Positions 41,094 to 56,256 are shown, counted from the first letter of the stretch. The stretch: 64,000 nucleotides of DNA from Octopus vulgaris (GCA_951406725.2 OX597827.1:42780001-42844000); one strand, 5' to 3'. The notes: generated by a model from the sequence alone, not told the origin. Translations and numbers: made by a program.

Positions 41094-41673
41094 ATGTATA
41101 TATATATGTGTGTGTGTGTGTGTGTATATATATGTGTGTGTGTCTGTCTGTGTGTGTGTGGTGTATGTGGGTATATTCGTATACACACGTACACACTGGC
41201 ACACACACCCACGTATATATATATATATAGATAGATTTATGTATACAAAGCTTATAGCTTATTTATATCTTTCTTTCCGCGACCTCTTCTCCCCTTTCTC
41301 ATCTTTCAACACATTCCTCCTCCTCTCTCTCTCCCCTTCTCTCTTTCTCTCTCTTTCTCTCTCTCTCTCTCTATTTCTCAACCACTCTTTATGCATATAT
41401 GCATACCCTCTCCCTTCTATTTCTATATATATAGATATATGCACAGTGAGGGTACACTCACACATACACACACACACATGGATATATATACTCTCTTTAC
41501 TCTTTTACTTGTTTCAGTCATTTGACTGTGGCCATGCTGGAGCATATCGACCCCCATGACTTACTCTCTGTAAATCTAGTACTTATTCTATTGGTCTCTT
41601 TTGCCGAACCGCTAAGTTACGGGGACGTAAACACACCAGCATCGGGGACAAACACAGACACACAAACAAACAA

Positions 41674-41771
<98 letters not shown>

Positions 41772-41937
41772 ATATGCAACGGGCTTGTTTCAGTTTCTGT
41801 CTACCAAATCCACTCACAAGGCTTTGGTCGGCCCCAGGCTACAGTAGAAGGCACTTGCCCAAGGTGCCACGCAGTGGATTGAACCCGGAACCATGCAGTT
41901 CGTAAGCAAGCTACTTACCACACAACCACTTCTTACG

Positions 41938-41995
<58 letters not shown>

Positions 41996-43628
41996 TTCAC
42001 ATCGTGTTTATATACGTATAAGCTATACGTTCATATATGCGTTATATAGATATACAAACTATGTATGCTCATACACTCATACATACGCACACACACACGC
42101 ACATACACACACTCACACACACATATACACACATACTAATACATCCAAGCATGTTCTGAAAACTGCCAGGCTGTTGTTAAGTCTTTATCCCAGATCACTT
42201 CGTCAGAAACAGTCTTGTAATGAAAGGCGTTCCAGACGTGACCATCTGTCTTGTCCTTTTTCATATCAGTAACTACATCGGTTATCAATTCGCTTTGCAA
42301 GATTCCTGATGTGAAATCGTGTATTGAAACCGATATTGTTGCATTTCGGTACGGTCATTTAAACACACGCACTGTAAATTTTTTCGTGTACTACTGTTCT
42401 TATTAAAAACAAAACGACCATCTCAAAATACAACAGTACCTACAGCCTCTTGTCTATTTGTTTTTCTTGTCTTTTTTTTTTTAATATGTCATTTGCGGAG
42501 GTACGTGGCCCAGTGGATAGGGGTGTTAGATTCATGATCGCCAGATTGTGGTTTCGATTCCTGGACCTTACAACGCGTTGTGTTCTTGAGCAAAACACTT
42601 CATTTCATGTTGCTCCAGTCCACTCAGCTGTTAAAACGGAGTAACCTTCTGATAGCCCGGCGTCCTGTCCAGGTTGGGAATTTATACGCCATGGAAACCA
42701 GCAAACTGGGATCTTTGTGGTTTTCGTCACTGCTTACAATTTTGCTCCAGTTGTTTTCAGATTTGGTATATGGATTAAGTTTTGTATACTAATCATGAAA
42801 ATGAAATTCATTTTCCCTATAAATCCTTAATTAAAAAGTTATTAGCCTTTAAATCTGCAAAATTTGGGTATTTTAGCTAATCAGAAGCGAGTATTTCACA
42901 CATCACCGTGGCGAAAATCTCCGTTTCCTTAGTAACCAAAGATACTGCGTTTATCAGTCGGCATGGCTTGAGAAGGTAACTTGACCTTTAATATAATTAT
43001 TAAGCAATTGGTTACATTCTCGAAACTACAAAGCATTTGATTTAGCGAATATTCTTGATGTAAATGAAATTAGAATTAGAAAATCGTTTTTTAAACTCCG
43101 CCGTTGCTATATTTGTCTTGCTGTTGTGCAGTAGCGACATCTTTTGAGAAATTAAGAAATATTGGCTTTTCGTCTCAATGAACAAGTATACTCTTTTACT
43201 CTTTTACTCTTTTACTTGTTTCAGGCATTTGACTGCGGCCATGCTGGAGCACCGCCTTTAGTCGAGCAACTCGACCCCAGTACTTATTCTATCAGTCTCT
43301 TTTTGCCGAACCGCTAAGTGACGGGGACATAAACACACCAGCATCGGTTGTCAAGCAATATTAGGGGGACAAACACAGACACACAAACACATACGCACAT
43401 ATATATATATATATATATACATATATACGACGGGCTTCTTTCAGTTTCCGTCTACCAAATCCACTCACAAGGCTTTGGTCGGCCCGAGGCTATAGTAGAA
43501 GACACTTGCCCAAGGTGCCACGCAGTGGGACTGAACCCGGAACTATGTGGTTGGTAAGCAAGCTACTTACCACACAGCCACTCCTGCGCCTATACTGTTA
43601 TGTTCCCTTGACACTTGAGTGCCTAGAA

Positions 43629-44002
43629 CAATGGTTTTCGACCGGGCTCCATATGACCATTGTGGGTCCATATGTGACATTTTTTGGTGGTGGGGTTCAT
43701 GCAAAAAAAGTAGTAAGTTGTAAATGCATAGTAATACATTAAGGGTCTTCGGTGAAATTTTGTTTTAAATGTAATTATTGGGGGCGGGGTGACAAGAAAA
43801 AACAAACAGATCGGTTTCTTTTCTCTAACATTTTGCACGGTTCGTCCTACACAAGTTATTGTGCCACATAAAAAAAAAAATGGAATTTTGAAAGAAGTAT
43901 CTGTAAAACCAGTTCATAAACATCGAGCGACTATAGGGGTCCGCTAGAGTAAAATAGGAACCAACGGGGGTCCTTAGATACAAAAGTGGTTGAGACCCGC
44001 TG
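43629..44002. mobile_element. hAT (Charlie-like) MITE, old
   Basis: Termini CAATGGTTTTCGACC ... GGTTGAGACCCGCTG, with a degenerate 8-bp target-site duplication GCCTAGAA/GCTTGGAA. Confidence 0.6.
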
Positions 44003-44281
44003 GCTTGGAACATTTTTCATTCGCCACCAGGCAATGGTGTAGCTATACTGTATGCAACGTGGGGAGGCCCTTCAGTTTTCCGCTCCCAGGCCCCAACAAA
44101 AAATATATATTGCACAGGAGTGGCTGTGTGATAAGTAGCTTGCTTACCAACCATATGGTTCTGGGTTTATTCCCACTGCGTGGCACCTTGGGCAAGTGTC
44201 TTCTACTATAGCCTCGGGTCGACCAAAGCCTTGTGAGTGGATTTGGTAGACGGAAACTGAAAGAAGCCCGTCGTATATATG

Positions 44282-44312
<31 letters not shown>

Positions 44313-44827
44313 ATATGTTTGTGTGTCTGTGTTTGTACCCCCCCCCAACATCTCTTGACAACCGATGGTGGTGTGTTTACGTCGCTGTAACTTAGCGGTT
44401 CGGCAAGAGTGCCCGATAGAATGAGTGCTAGGCTTACAAAGAATAAGTCCTGGGGTCGATTTGGTCGACTAAAGGCGGTGCTCCAGCATGGCCGCAGTCA
44501 AATAACTGAAACAAGTAAAAGAGTAAAAGAGAGTAAGAGAGTGATTATATCAATTGTTACATTTCACGGTGAGTAGTGTGTCTGTCCCGACATTATCACC
44601 ACAGTCATTTGATTTCAATGGACCCTATACAGGCTTATAGCCTATACAGGCTTATAGCCTACAGCAGACCCCAAAATGGTGTGCTGCCCGGGGCGGACCG
44701 CCCCCTTTCTGCCCTCCTCTAGCTATGCTAGTACATCCAGGTCTTCGCTGGTGTCACAAACCAGTTCCAATCTTGGTTAGCAGTGGTAGAGTCGTGCGGT
44801 CACCATGGTGCATTGCATGAATAATCA

Positions 44828-45201
44828 CAGATAGGAGCACTCCGTCGGTTACGACGATGAGGGTCCCAGCTGATATGATCAACGGAACAGCTTGCTCGTG
44901 GAATTAACGTGCAAGTGGCTGAGCATTCCACAGACACGTGTACCCTTAACGTAGTTCTCGAGGAGATTCAGCGTGACACAGAGAGTGACAAGGCTGGCCC
45001 TTTGAAATACAGGTACAACAGAAACAGGAAGAAAGAGTGAGAGAAAGTTGTGGTGAAAGAGTACAGCAGGGTTCACCACCAACCCCTGCAGGAGCCTTGT
45101 GAAGCTTTAGGTGTTTTCGCTCAATAAACACTCACAATGCTCGGTCTGGGAATCGAAACCGCGAGTCCGCTGCCCTAACCACTGGGCCATTGTGCCTCCA
45201 C
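44828..45201 (-). mobile_element. tRNA-derived SINE of a further family; related pieces at 22890-23200(-) and 28268-28470(+)
   Basis: Head GTGGAGGCACAATGGCCCAGTGGTTAGGGCAGCGGACTCG...GTTTCGATTCCC, and a shared body CGTGTACCCTTAAC...GATTCAG (plus strand). Confidence 0.8.
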
Positions 45202-48200
45202 ATAATCACAGAATAGTTAAGGTGAAGCGCATAGTGTGATATACTAGAATAATATCCGGGGGCGGGGGGAGAATCACTAGGTAGGTAATCACAGTCTGGT
45301 GATTTCGTACAAAGACGGATATGAGCACGCTGCTAGTTTGTTTACCAGTTTTATCTGATTAATAGTCATTTAGCGAGTGTCTGCCAGGCCCTGCGTGATC
45401 GTGTCGTGGGTTTTTGGTAAGCATACAAAATTGTTCCCCTAGAATTACATTTCCTAAATCAAGGTTCATCTCCTACGATGCTGCGTCTACCATAACGTAA
45501 AATACGGTAATACTGTTTAAAGACTTTTAAATTAGGTCTTTGTCGGTTGATTTATTGTGGTAAAAGTGTGAACGCAACTTCCTGCAAGAAGGCAGAGAGG
45601 TTTGGGAGTAAATTTACTTTCAAAAGGTTGCCTGAGGTGTGACAGTTAAATAGTCGGGGTGGATGAGAGTATACAAGTAGATGAACGACGAATGCTCAAG
45701 TACGATCAACTGAACTAACTACTCACTGAATCAATGTTGAAGTGGTTGAGTAAATAAGAGACACGTGTATCCTTAACATAATCATCCTCAAACAGAATCA
45801 GTCACAAAGTGTTCGATAAGGCCAGACTTTTGTATAATTACCATAATCCCTTCGGTAAGCTTCCGCACAGTTTCCGTCAGCATAGTTCTACTCACAAGGT
45901 TTGTGTCGACCCGAGGCCATGAGAAAATGCCCTTGCCGAAGATATCACATTCGACAAAGAATCTTCGTAAACTAGTGATTACGAAGCGAACTGCTTAAAT
46001 TATAATTCTAGATATAATTGTACCCGAAACGGGTAGAATCACGAGAAGAACCAGCGTGAAACTGCGTTACAAGACCGGACTTTTAAATTACAAATGCACT
46101 CCCTCGTAATTAATTGATTGACTAGAACAATAGACAGTCTCGTAGTTGTACTCTTAACATAATGCTCGGATAAACTCAGCGTGACACTATATAAGAACTA
46201 TTCGTGCCCATCATTTTGTCATTGTAAAAACCGGTTGAATGTTATATCCTGCTCTCTCAGTCACCTGCACTCTTAAGGCAAACCAGCCACAGAATCAGCA
46301 TGAATGAAACATTGTATGAGAAGGTTGTGCACTTTTGGATTATAGCTGCAGTGTACTTTGTGTGTGAATATTCTATAGGCAAACGGCACTCTTAAAGTAA
46401 ACTCCAGACATGAGCAAACGTGAGACATGTTGAATGTCAAAACTTATCTCTTTGAATGTCAAGACTTGATGTGAAGACTTTTTTCTTTGAATTTCAGCTA
46501 CAGGCCACTTTGAATTATAATCTAGCATGGGTGTAGGATATATTTCATAGAGAATTGTACTCTTAACTTTGAAGCAGAGCCAGAATGATGCAGTGTATCT
46601 AAACCAACATAGACGTGGTAATATTCCACTGGAAACTGTACTCTTAACGCCATGGGACCAGGATGGGTGTATGCCATTGACACAGTCTTTTCAGTTACAA
46701 TTAGAGGCCACTAGAGACCGCCTTGAATAGAGTGTGAGTGACTAAGTATTTCACAGACGCTTATATCCTTAACGTTAACGTAATCGTCAGGCAGAGTCGA
46801 CGTGGCCCAGTATAAGAAGACTTAAGTCTCGAATTTCTGACTACAACAATTAATCTAGCGGACTGAGTTCAAATACTACCGAGGTCGACTTCGTTTTTCA
46901 CATTTCAGTCTTATCAATTCGTTGAAGTGTCGGACGAAATGCCACGCAGTGTTTTTTTCTACACTCGGGTTTCTGAGTTCAAATTCCACCGAGATCAAAT
47001 TTGATATTCATTCTTTCAGGATCGTCAAAAAATAATGTACCAATCCAGAGCAGGGGGAAGATTAGTGCAAATCTGAGAATATTGAGCCGGATGCATTGGG
47101 TCATTCGTTCACGCCCTTTCTGTTCTGAGTTCAAATCCCATCATGGACTACTCGAGTGATTAGACGGACTTAATAGTGCTGCTTAGAACCTTAGGTACTC
47201 TTGGTACCCTTCTCTTCCTCGTAAATATGACTTTGTGACGTCTAGGTTAAAAATCACTTCTTAAAAAAATTTGTTAGATCATCCGATACAAATGTTTTGG
47301 AGTATTTTATTCTTATAAGTTAAACTTAACTTACTAACTATTCCTTCGCCGTGATTAAACAACCAATTACAGCCAGTCGGGATTCACAGTACAGGCTGTA
47401 CTATCCATCCTTTCCATTGCTCAATATCAAACGTGGCTCGCGAGATCTCTGTTCGAGTGATTCACCTGAGTCACCATTTCACCTTTGTATGCCAGCTTGT
47501 TTCATTTATATCTAAGTTGACTGGATCAACAGGAAGTGAAATGTTTTGCTAAAGAACACAACACAACCTGTTTGGTAATCGAAACCTTGATCTTACAACC
47601 GTAAGAGCAATACCTAACCACCAAGCCACGTGCCTTCACAATTAAGCTTATTAAACGTGGGACATGATTAAAAATAAAAAGCATTCGTGCTACGCTTCAT
47701 ATTTTGGGATGCCTTCCTCAATCCCTCTCACCAATCTCGGTGGCCCTGTGAAGCATAATGAGTGGGCATTGCTTTCGCTCCGGACTAAAGAAGTGCTAGA
47801 ACTTACTCTTGAAACCCCCTTCGGTCATGACTGACCGTGGGGTTGCACCTAGAAAGTTACCCTCCCAGGCACAAGTCTGGGCAAGGTTATTTATGGAAGA
47901 CCAGCAGTCGCCCATGCATAATTCAGAATTCAGTAAACAAAATATTTGCTAATGTGTACTAACGCCTGTCAAGCAGATACTAAATTATTACAAGTATGAA
48001 GAACATCGAGAAATGAAACAATGACATGTACTACCATTCTTAACACGTTCCAACAGATTTTGAACAACCCTGTATAGTATTCGGATTACGGACGCATAAG
48101 TACTCGGGTTACCGACCTCTGCACAACACTTGTTACTTCACACAAATCTTTGTTTATTTTTAGTTTCTTTTCATTAAAAACACGAAGGCCCAGAACTCTA

Positions 48201-49082
48201 GGAGAACCGATGAGACCTGCGTGTCTTTCGAGTCTCTTTCCAGCCTACTCAAAATAAAATGTCCTAGGGAAAATATTGGAAACCGATAACAGCTCCAGGT
48301 CAAATAAGCACTTATGTAAAATCCATTTTTCTCTGCAACTTAACTGTTTAATCTAGACATTGGCAGCAAAGATTTCCTATGACTCGAGCTTAACATCTCT
48401 CTCGGTTCTTCAAATTTATATCCAATATCATCCGCTTTCTGAAACCTTGGACCCATCATCACTATTTGAATATCTCAGACATCTACTACATCTTTCTTTC
48501 TTGCTTTCTCTCATTTTCTCTTTCTCTCTCTCCTTCGCTCTCTCTGCTTATTATTTGTCTCTCCTTTTCTCTCTTTCCTCGATCTTTCTTCCTCTTCACT
48601 CTCTTCTCTCTTTCTTTCTTTCTTTCTTTCTTTCTTTGGCTCTCTAACGATCATCTTTGCCCCTCTTCCTTTCGGAGTCAATAAGAAAAAAGCCACAAAT
48701 CCAGGGCATTGCATAGGCGGAATTGTAAGAACATAGGAAGAAACAGCTTGCGGTATTTGCTCCGACACTCTATGTTCTGAGTTCAAATTCTGCCGAAGTC
48801 AACTTTGCCTCCCATCTTTTCGGGGTCATTTTTCGCCATAGCCTACCTTCGGACAAAGCGTTTAGTGGCATTTTGCCAGTATTTACATTCTGAGTTCGAA
48901 TTCTGCCGGGGTCGACTTTGCCGTTCATCCTTTCGGGGTCGATAAAATAAGTACCAGTTGAGCATCTTGGGCAACTGCCTTCCATTAGAGCCTCGGGCCA
49001 ACCAAAGTCTTGTGTTTGAATTTGGTAGACGGAAGCTAAAAGAAACCCGTCGTGTGTGTGTGTGTGTATGTATGTATATATA

Positions 49083-49522
49083 AAGGTGTCAGTGCCAAGC
49101 AGAAAAGGAGTGAGAGAGCGCGTCTCCCTGGAATATTCCTTTTCTAATGGGGATGGCTTTTGTTTTTCGAGTCCCTCTTTTGTTTGGAGCTGTAGTACTG
49201 TCTGCCATTTATTCATAGAGTGTCTTATGTATTTTATAATTATTGGTGCTACCTTATTCATGGCTACTGTTTCGAGGATCCATGTGTGGAGAATACTATC
49301 AAAAGCCTTTCGGTAGTCGATCCAGGCCATACTGAGGCCTTTCTTCTTTCTGCGGCTGTCTTCAGTTATGGTTTTATTGATCATTAGCTGATCTTTACAG
49401 CCATATGAGCCCTTGCAGCATCCATTCTGCTCTTCTGGAAACAGGTTGTTTTCTTCCAGATGCTTGCTCAATCTCTGCGATATTATTGCAGTAAAGACTT
49501 TGTAAATTGTAGGGAGACAGGT
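49083..49522 (-). mobile_element. RT-domain fragment of an RLE-type (R4/Dong-like) LINE
   Basis: Translates as TCLPTIYKVFTAII..EEQNGC..GCKDQLMINK..LSMAWIDYRKAFDSI. It begins directly after (AAT)n(AAG)n on the minus strand. Confidence 0.85.
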
Positions 49523-49553
49523 TCTTCTTCTTCTTCTTCTTCTTCTTCTTCTT

Positions 49554-49649
<96 letters not shown>

Positions 49650-50231
49650 TATTATTATTGAGTGAGAGAGCAGTTCATGCCATCAAAGTGACACCGGGGT
49701 AAAATATACGAAGCCCAATATACCCATCATGACTACCCGTCTGATAAGGGTACACCAGGCACATGCATCACAACCACATATGCGCGACACGGTGATCTCA
49801 TATCAAGATAAACAGCACATGACCTTGCAGGTGGGGCCCAGTTAGAATTTTCTTCAGGTTGAGTAGCCCATCCCGCTCAAACGGTCCCTGAATAAGGGTT
49901 GTTTAAGGATGTTGAAAAAAACCACCCATGTTTCCAGAGGTGAATTATTCAAACCCCAAAGAATCCCTCTCAACACATGGTTATGATGCTCCCCCACTAC
50001 TTCTGCTCATGATCAGAGTTGCACATATCGTCAGCCACTAAGGGACATGCTCAACTGGTTAAGGTCAAACAACTGACAAGCAAATCTGTGGTATTGAGCA
50101 GAATATTTGCTGTAGCCCATCTTTTATACCAAGACAAAACAATGTACATGATAACACTTCTAATCAATTAAGATCAGAAGCCATGAGAGCCACTGCCTGG
50201 TACTATTATTATTATTATTATTATTATCATT

Positions 50232-50277
<46 letters not shown>

Positions 50278-50284
50278 CCACCAT

Positions 50285-50575
50285 TGCACAGATTCTAACG
50301 CTGGAGATGTACTACGGTGCCAGCTGTTCCTATCAGTGAACTTCGCAAGATCTTTACTCACTGTTCCCTGGGCTCCGACAATTATTGGTACTACTACCAC
50401 CTTTTTCAGCGGCCACAACTGCTTAACTTCTCAAGCTAACCTGTTATAGCTATCGACTTTTCTTTCTTCCTTATCGCATAACCTGTCGTCAGCTGTATCT
50501 ATGATCTAACATCGTTTGCTTTCCTTCTCAATTAATACTATGTCTGGGTTCCTATTCTGTGTCTCATGGTCACAC
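50285..50575 (-). mobile_element. Decayed RLE endonuclease fragment between (AAT)/(GAT) tracts
   Basis: Translates as NRNPDIVLIEKE..C*IID...EVKQLWPLKKVVVVPIIVGAQG. Confidence 0.7.
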
Positions 50576-50588
50576 TTATTACTATTAC

Positions 50589-50648
<60 letters not shown>

Positions 50649-50960
50649 CATCATCATCATCATCATCATCATTATCATTATTATCATTATTATTATCATC
50701 ATCATCATCATCATCATCATTATCATCATCATCATTATCATTATTATTATTATTATTAATATTATTATTGATATTATTATTATTGTTATTATTATTATTA
50801 TTATTATTATCATCATTATTATTATTATTACTATTATTATTGTTATTATTATTATTATTATTATCATTACTATTATAATTATTATTATTATTATTATCAT
50901 CGCCATTATTATTATTATTATTACTATTATTCTTCTTCTTCTTCTTATTATTATTATTAC

Positions 50961-51002
<42 letters not shown>

Positions 51003-51038
51003 CATCATCATTATTATTATTATTACTATTATTATTAC

Positions 51039-51106
<68 letters not shown>

Positions 51107-51804
51107 TTATAGATACTTGTTTCTGTGAGTCATGGTTACAATATAACTATCAATAAGAATAAATTATAAGTTATTCTTGAGAAAAAACTTGAAAGGTTTC
51201 TCACAAGGGAGATCAAGGTTTTCAACATTAATGCATAAGTTTCTCTCTCTCTCTCTTTCTCTCTCTGTCTCTCTCTGTCTCTCTCTCCTTCTTTTCCAAT
51301 CCCTCTCTCGGTGTTTTTTATACACTTGAGTACAAATACATACCATTTGCATTCAAAGAGTATAAATATATTTTATTTTGTGCATAAATACCTTTCATTC
51401 GCACTTAAAGTGCATTGATGCATTCTGTTTGGTACAATAAATATGTTTCGCTTGCATTTTGCTTTGTATATGAATAGATTTTGCTTACATTTCAAGTGTA
51501 CTTGCATTTATCGAAACCAGTTTCACATTAAAAAAGAAAATAGCATGTTTTTATTATAGAAAAAATTGCAAACTCAAAATCTCAAGGATTGTTTAAAAAT
51601 CCGACATTTTTTTTTTAATTTTCACATTTTAAGATTAGTAGATATGTAATCGACAGCGTTCCTTATTTCAGCGAAATCAGAGAAGGAACAATGTGAACAG
51701 CACAAGGATAATTTGAAATTTTTTGGGGTTACATCTGTAGCTAGTGAAACCAATGGTAGCCTTAATCCACAAAAGGTATAAATATACATGTAGGCATGTA
51801 TATA

Positions 51805-51883
<79 letters not shown>

Positions 51884-52313
51884 TATTCAGTTCTATTTCA
51901 AGATTTCTTGCCAATAAAGAAAGAGCCGGTTTCTAACCAGGATCCAAGACTCTTTCATTGGAATTTCAGCATCAAGACGATATTTAGTATGTATGTATGT
52001 ATGTATGTATGTATGTATGTATGTATGTATGTATGTATGTATGTATGTATGTCAGGTCACTTTCGAGTGCTACTGGTAACATGTAACCCAGTACTACATG
52101 TTGCATGGTCGGGTCGTCGGCGACTAAACCGGCAACCCCACCAAGCTCGCTTGGTGAGGAGGGTGTTTATTGGTCACCCTGCGGGATGAAAAACAAAACC
52201 CGTCAAAGGGCGGAGGGACTCTTGTGTGTGTGTGTGTGTGTATGTATGTGTGCAGATTTGCATGTTTGTTTTATGTGTGTATTCTCATGCATATAGTTGC
52301 ATGTCCAGACAAG

Positions 52314-52405
<92 letters not shown>

Positions 52406-53398
52406 AGTCGACCTCGGCAGAATTCGAACTCAGAACGTATCGGCAGACGAAATACCTATTTCTGTATTACCCACAACGGGCTAAACACAGAGGTGACAAA
52501 CAAGGACAGACAATCGGATTAAGCCGATTACATCCACCCCGGTGCGTAACTGGTACTTAATTTATCGACCCCGAAAGGATGAAAGGCAAAGTCGACCTCG
52601 GCGGAATTTGAACTCAGAACGTAGCGGCAGACGAAATACCGCCAAACACTTCGACCGGCGGCGTGCTAACGATTCTGCCAGCCCGCCGCCTTCTTACCCC
52701 ACAGTCACTCCTGCATCTGTTTGTCTGTCTGTGTGTCAGTCTGTCTGTCTCTCTATCAGTCTGCTTGTCTGTCTGGATATTTGTTTGTCTCTCCGCCTCG
52801 TCTGTCTGTTTGTCTATTTGTCTGTCTGTCTGTCTGTATGTCTGTCTGTCTGTCTGTCTGTCTGCGTCACTTAGCTTGGCCTTGTATGATTCAAAATAGG
52901 TCAATGAATGAAGTCACATTAATTGAAGTGAGGTGGTGCACTTAGCCCATACGATGGGGGCGGCATCGGCGGCGGCGGCGGCAGTGACTGCGGCTGTAGT
53001 AGAAAAGGCGAGCTTAGTGGTACCGTTTGGTAGTGGCGATGGTGGTGGTAGTGGCGACGGACCCGTGGTGATGGAGCTGGTGGTGGAGCGGGGCTGGGAG
53101 AAAAAAAGAAAAAGTCTAGCTGTCGAGAGAGGATGGGAAATCAACGTACCAGCAAAATACTTCCTATCTTGTCTTACTCTATTTTACTTGACACACTGCA
53201 TTAGTACACGCACACAGCTCCACCCCGACCCGCGCTTATTTGAACAATGCATGTATGTAAATGTATGCATGTGCATATATGTGTCTGTGTCTGTGTATGT
53301 TTACGAATAAACATGTGTGCGTATGTGCATGAACACACACATATATATATGTATGTAAGTGTGTGTGTGAGTATGTAAGCATGCATGTATTGTATGTG

Positions 53399-53494
<96 letters not shown>

Positions 53495-53720
53495 CTGTAG
53501 TGTACTGTTTCGTAATTGGCGGGATCAAACAGAAAACTACTCCATCCAGTAAGAGATAAATATCCTTATATCCTTTAATATACATCCTGTATATATTAAA
53601 GGGGACAAACACGCACACAAACGCACACGCACACACATACATACACACACATACACAAACACACACAAACTAACACGTTCACACACACATACATGCACAC
53701 ACACACACACACATATATAT

Positions 53721-53767
<47 letters not shown>

Positions 53768-53789
53768 CAACGCACTCCTTCTCAATATA

Positions 53790-54290
53790 GTATTCCTCCC
53801 CACCTCCGGCGGCCTGAAATCGTTCTCAACCGAAGTTGCCTTTCGTTCCCGATACACCTCTCCCAACAGTTCACGCTGGTGGCTTTGGGAACGAGAACTG
53901 GGTCCAAACATGCGAACCAGTTCGATGGCTATTTCGAGGTCCGAATATTCTCACAGTTCACTGGTCCCTCTCATCGACAACTTCATCCGCTCCACCGCAC
54001 TCACCCGCGGACAACTGAATTCTTTTCCCTCTTTCGACCAATCTTTCCATTTCGCCGCCCTTGAAATAAATGGGCGCCCGTCTTCTGTCTCCGACACTTA
54101 CGTTAATTTGCCCAACATTTCCGTTTCCATTAGCCACTCCGCCCTTAATACTGCCATATTCTACAAACTTAGGGGGCTCCCACTTCCACCGCAACTTCAC
54201 CTCGTCCCGCCCCACCCGCACCGAACAGTCCATCTCGAACGCTCATTTCCTCTGTCTCCGTTGGCTCTGCAGTGAAGATCATCCCTCCGA
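53790..54290 (+). mobile_element. Decayed Penelope-like element reverse transcriptase
   Basis: QQFTLVALGTRTGSKHANQFDGYFEVRIFSQFTGP resembles the Penelope-type Q..GVAMG...GP.YANLF.GY.E motif. It continues with IDNFI, LPNISVSIS..LNTAIFYK and FLCLRWLCSE (compare FLRLRRLCS). Confidence 0.75.
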
Positions 54291-54340
54291 GTCACAGTTC
54301 AACTCATTGCTGGTTGCTTCATCCAACAAAAAGACATCCG

Positions 54341-54376
<36 letters not shown>

Positions 54377-56222
54377 ACACACGCACACACGCACACACGC
54401 ACACACACACATAGACACCCGAACTGTAATCCGACAATCTTCGTTAGTGCTCGATCAGCTGACCGTGCATCAAACTTCTCCCTCTGTCAGTCTCATCCTT
54501 CTCCGCCTCCCCATTCTCCCTCTCCTACGATCCCTCCACACTACCCTTCTTCCAATGTTATGCACTTTCCGCAGACTTCACTCTAACCCCGCCACCTCCA
54601 ACTTCTTCTCCACCCCACCCCCTCCTTTCCTTCAAAAGTGCCCGTAACCTATGCGACTATGTTTTGTTGTTTACAACTTTTTAATGCAACAGCAATAACA
54701 ACAAATCAGTCGTAAGTGGTGCGTGACTCAGACCCTCAACCCTTTTACGTAGCAGCTTGAATGATTCTCACTGTGCAAGTGGTTTACGAGTTCGAATACG
54801 TGAACGCTGTCTTTTCTGACCGGACTTTAACGGAGCAAGCGATTTACGAATTCCATAAAGGAGTAGTTACTAATCGATGCTTCATGAATATGTCTGTTTC
54901 TGGTTAAAATTGAAAGGTTGTTGATTCTTCGCTGTATACAAGTTGTTCAAAAGGAATTTCTTCCGATCACGTCACCTCAAGTATATCTCGGACCTTTACT
55001 TAAGTGAGAGCGCTGGTATTCTAATATCTTGTATTTTTCAGTTTGACACATACAGAAGTTTCGGAATCTTTAGAAGTATGGTACAGAATTGTCAATAATA
55101 TACTATCGGAATATGTTTTAATCCATGGTACGCGAGCTTCCTGGTGAACTGCGATAAGCAAGAGGAGTTTTCCTTGTCGCTTCATCTAAATGAGTGTAGA
55201 TTCATTTGAAAAATATTAGATGATCGATTTTTAAGTGCGTAAAACACTAAGTGGAAGGGAATGACTCAACGATACTAATTTTTAAGTCATGTGCAGCTGT
55301 GTCAAAGAGTTATATGTGTATATGTGTGCGTGTATGTGTGTGAGAGAGTGTATGTGTGTGTGTATGTGTATGTGTGTGTGTGTGCATGCGTGTGAGAGAG
55401 AGAGTGTATGTGTTTGCTAGTGTGTTATATGTGTGTGAATGTGCGTGAGAGTGAGTGTGTGTGTGTGAATGTGTGTGTGTGTGTGCTTGCGTGAGACAGA
55501 GAGAGAGAGGGTGTATATGTGGCGTATGTGTGTTTGTGTGCGTGTGTGTGAGAGAAAGATTTTATGTTTGTGCGTGTGTGCATGTGTGTGTGAGAGAGAG
55601 TGTATGTGTGCGTGTGAGTATGTCTGTGTGTGCGTGTGTGTATGTGTGTGTGCGTGTGTGTATGTGTGCGTGTGTATGAGTGTGTGTGTGTGTGTATGTG
55701 TGTGTCAGAGAGAGAGGGAGTGTATTGTGTGCGTGTGTGTGGGTGTATGCATGTGTGTGTGCGTGTGTGTGTGAGAGAGTCTAAGTGTGAGCGAGTGTGT
55801 ATGTGTGTGTGCGTGTGTGTGAGAGAGTGTATGTGTGTGCGTGTGTATATGTGTGTGAGAGAGTGAGTGTGCGTGTGTGTGCGTGTATGTGTGTGTGTAC
55901 ATATGTTGTTTTGTTTATAAATGTTTGCAGATCACAGCACTGATAAAAAACACACTGTATGCAAATTAATCTAGCTATTACGTATTTGTTAGGTTTAAAT
56001 TGCTATTATCTATAAGTTCTCTTTGCAGGCAGAGGAACGAAAGAGAAGTAGTACCCGCTTTCTGATGAGTGGTCAACGAACCCTGAAACATATCAGGAAA
56101 ATCGCATTTATTTTTATATATTGAAGAGAATAACAAGATGCCATTACATCTGTTTAAAGATCCAAAGATAAAAGATTAACATCAGTTGTTCAAGTACTTT
56201 AAATTTATCTTAGGTTTTCATG

Positions 56223-56256
<34 letters not shown>

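Noticed and set aside
53151-53197. Minus-strand CAG|...|GTACGT possible 46-nt exon
   Set aside because: Stops in all three frames and a weak polypyrimidine tract.
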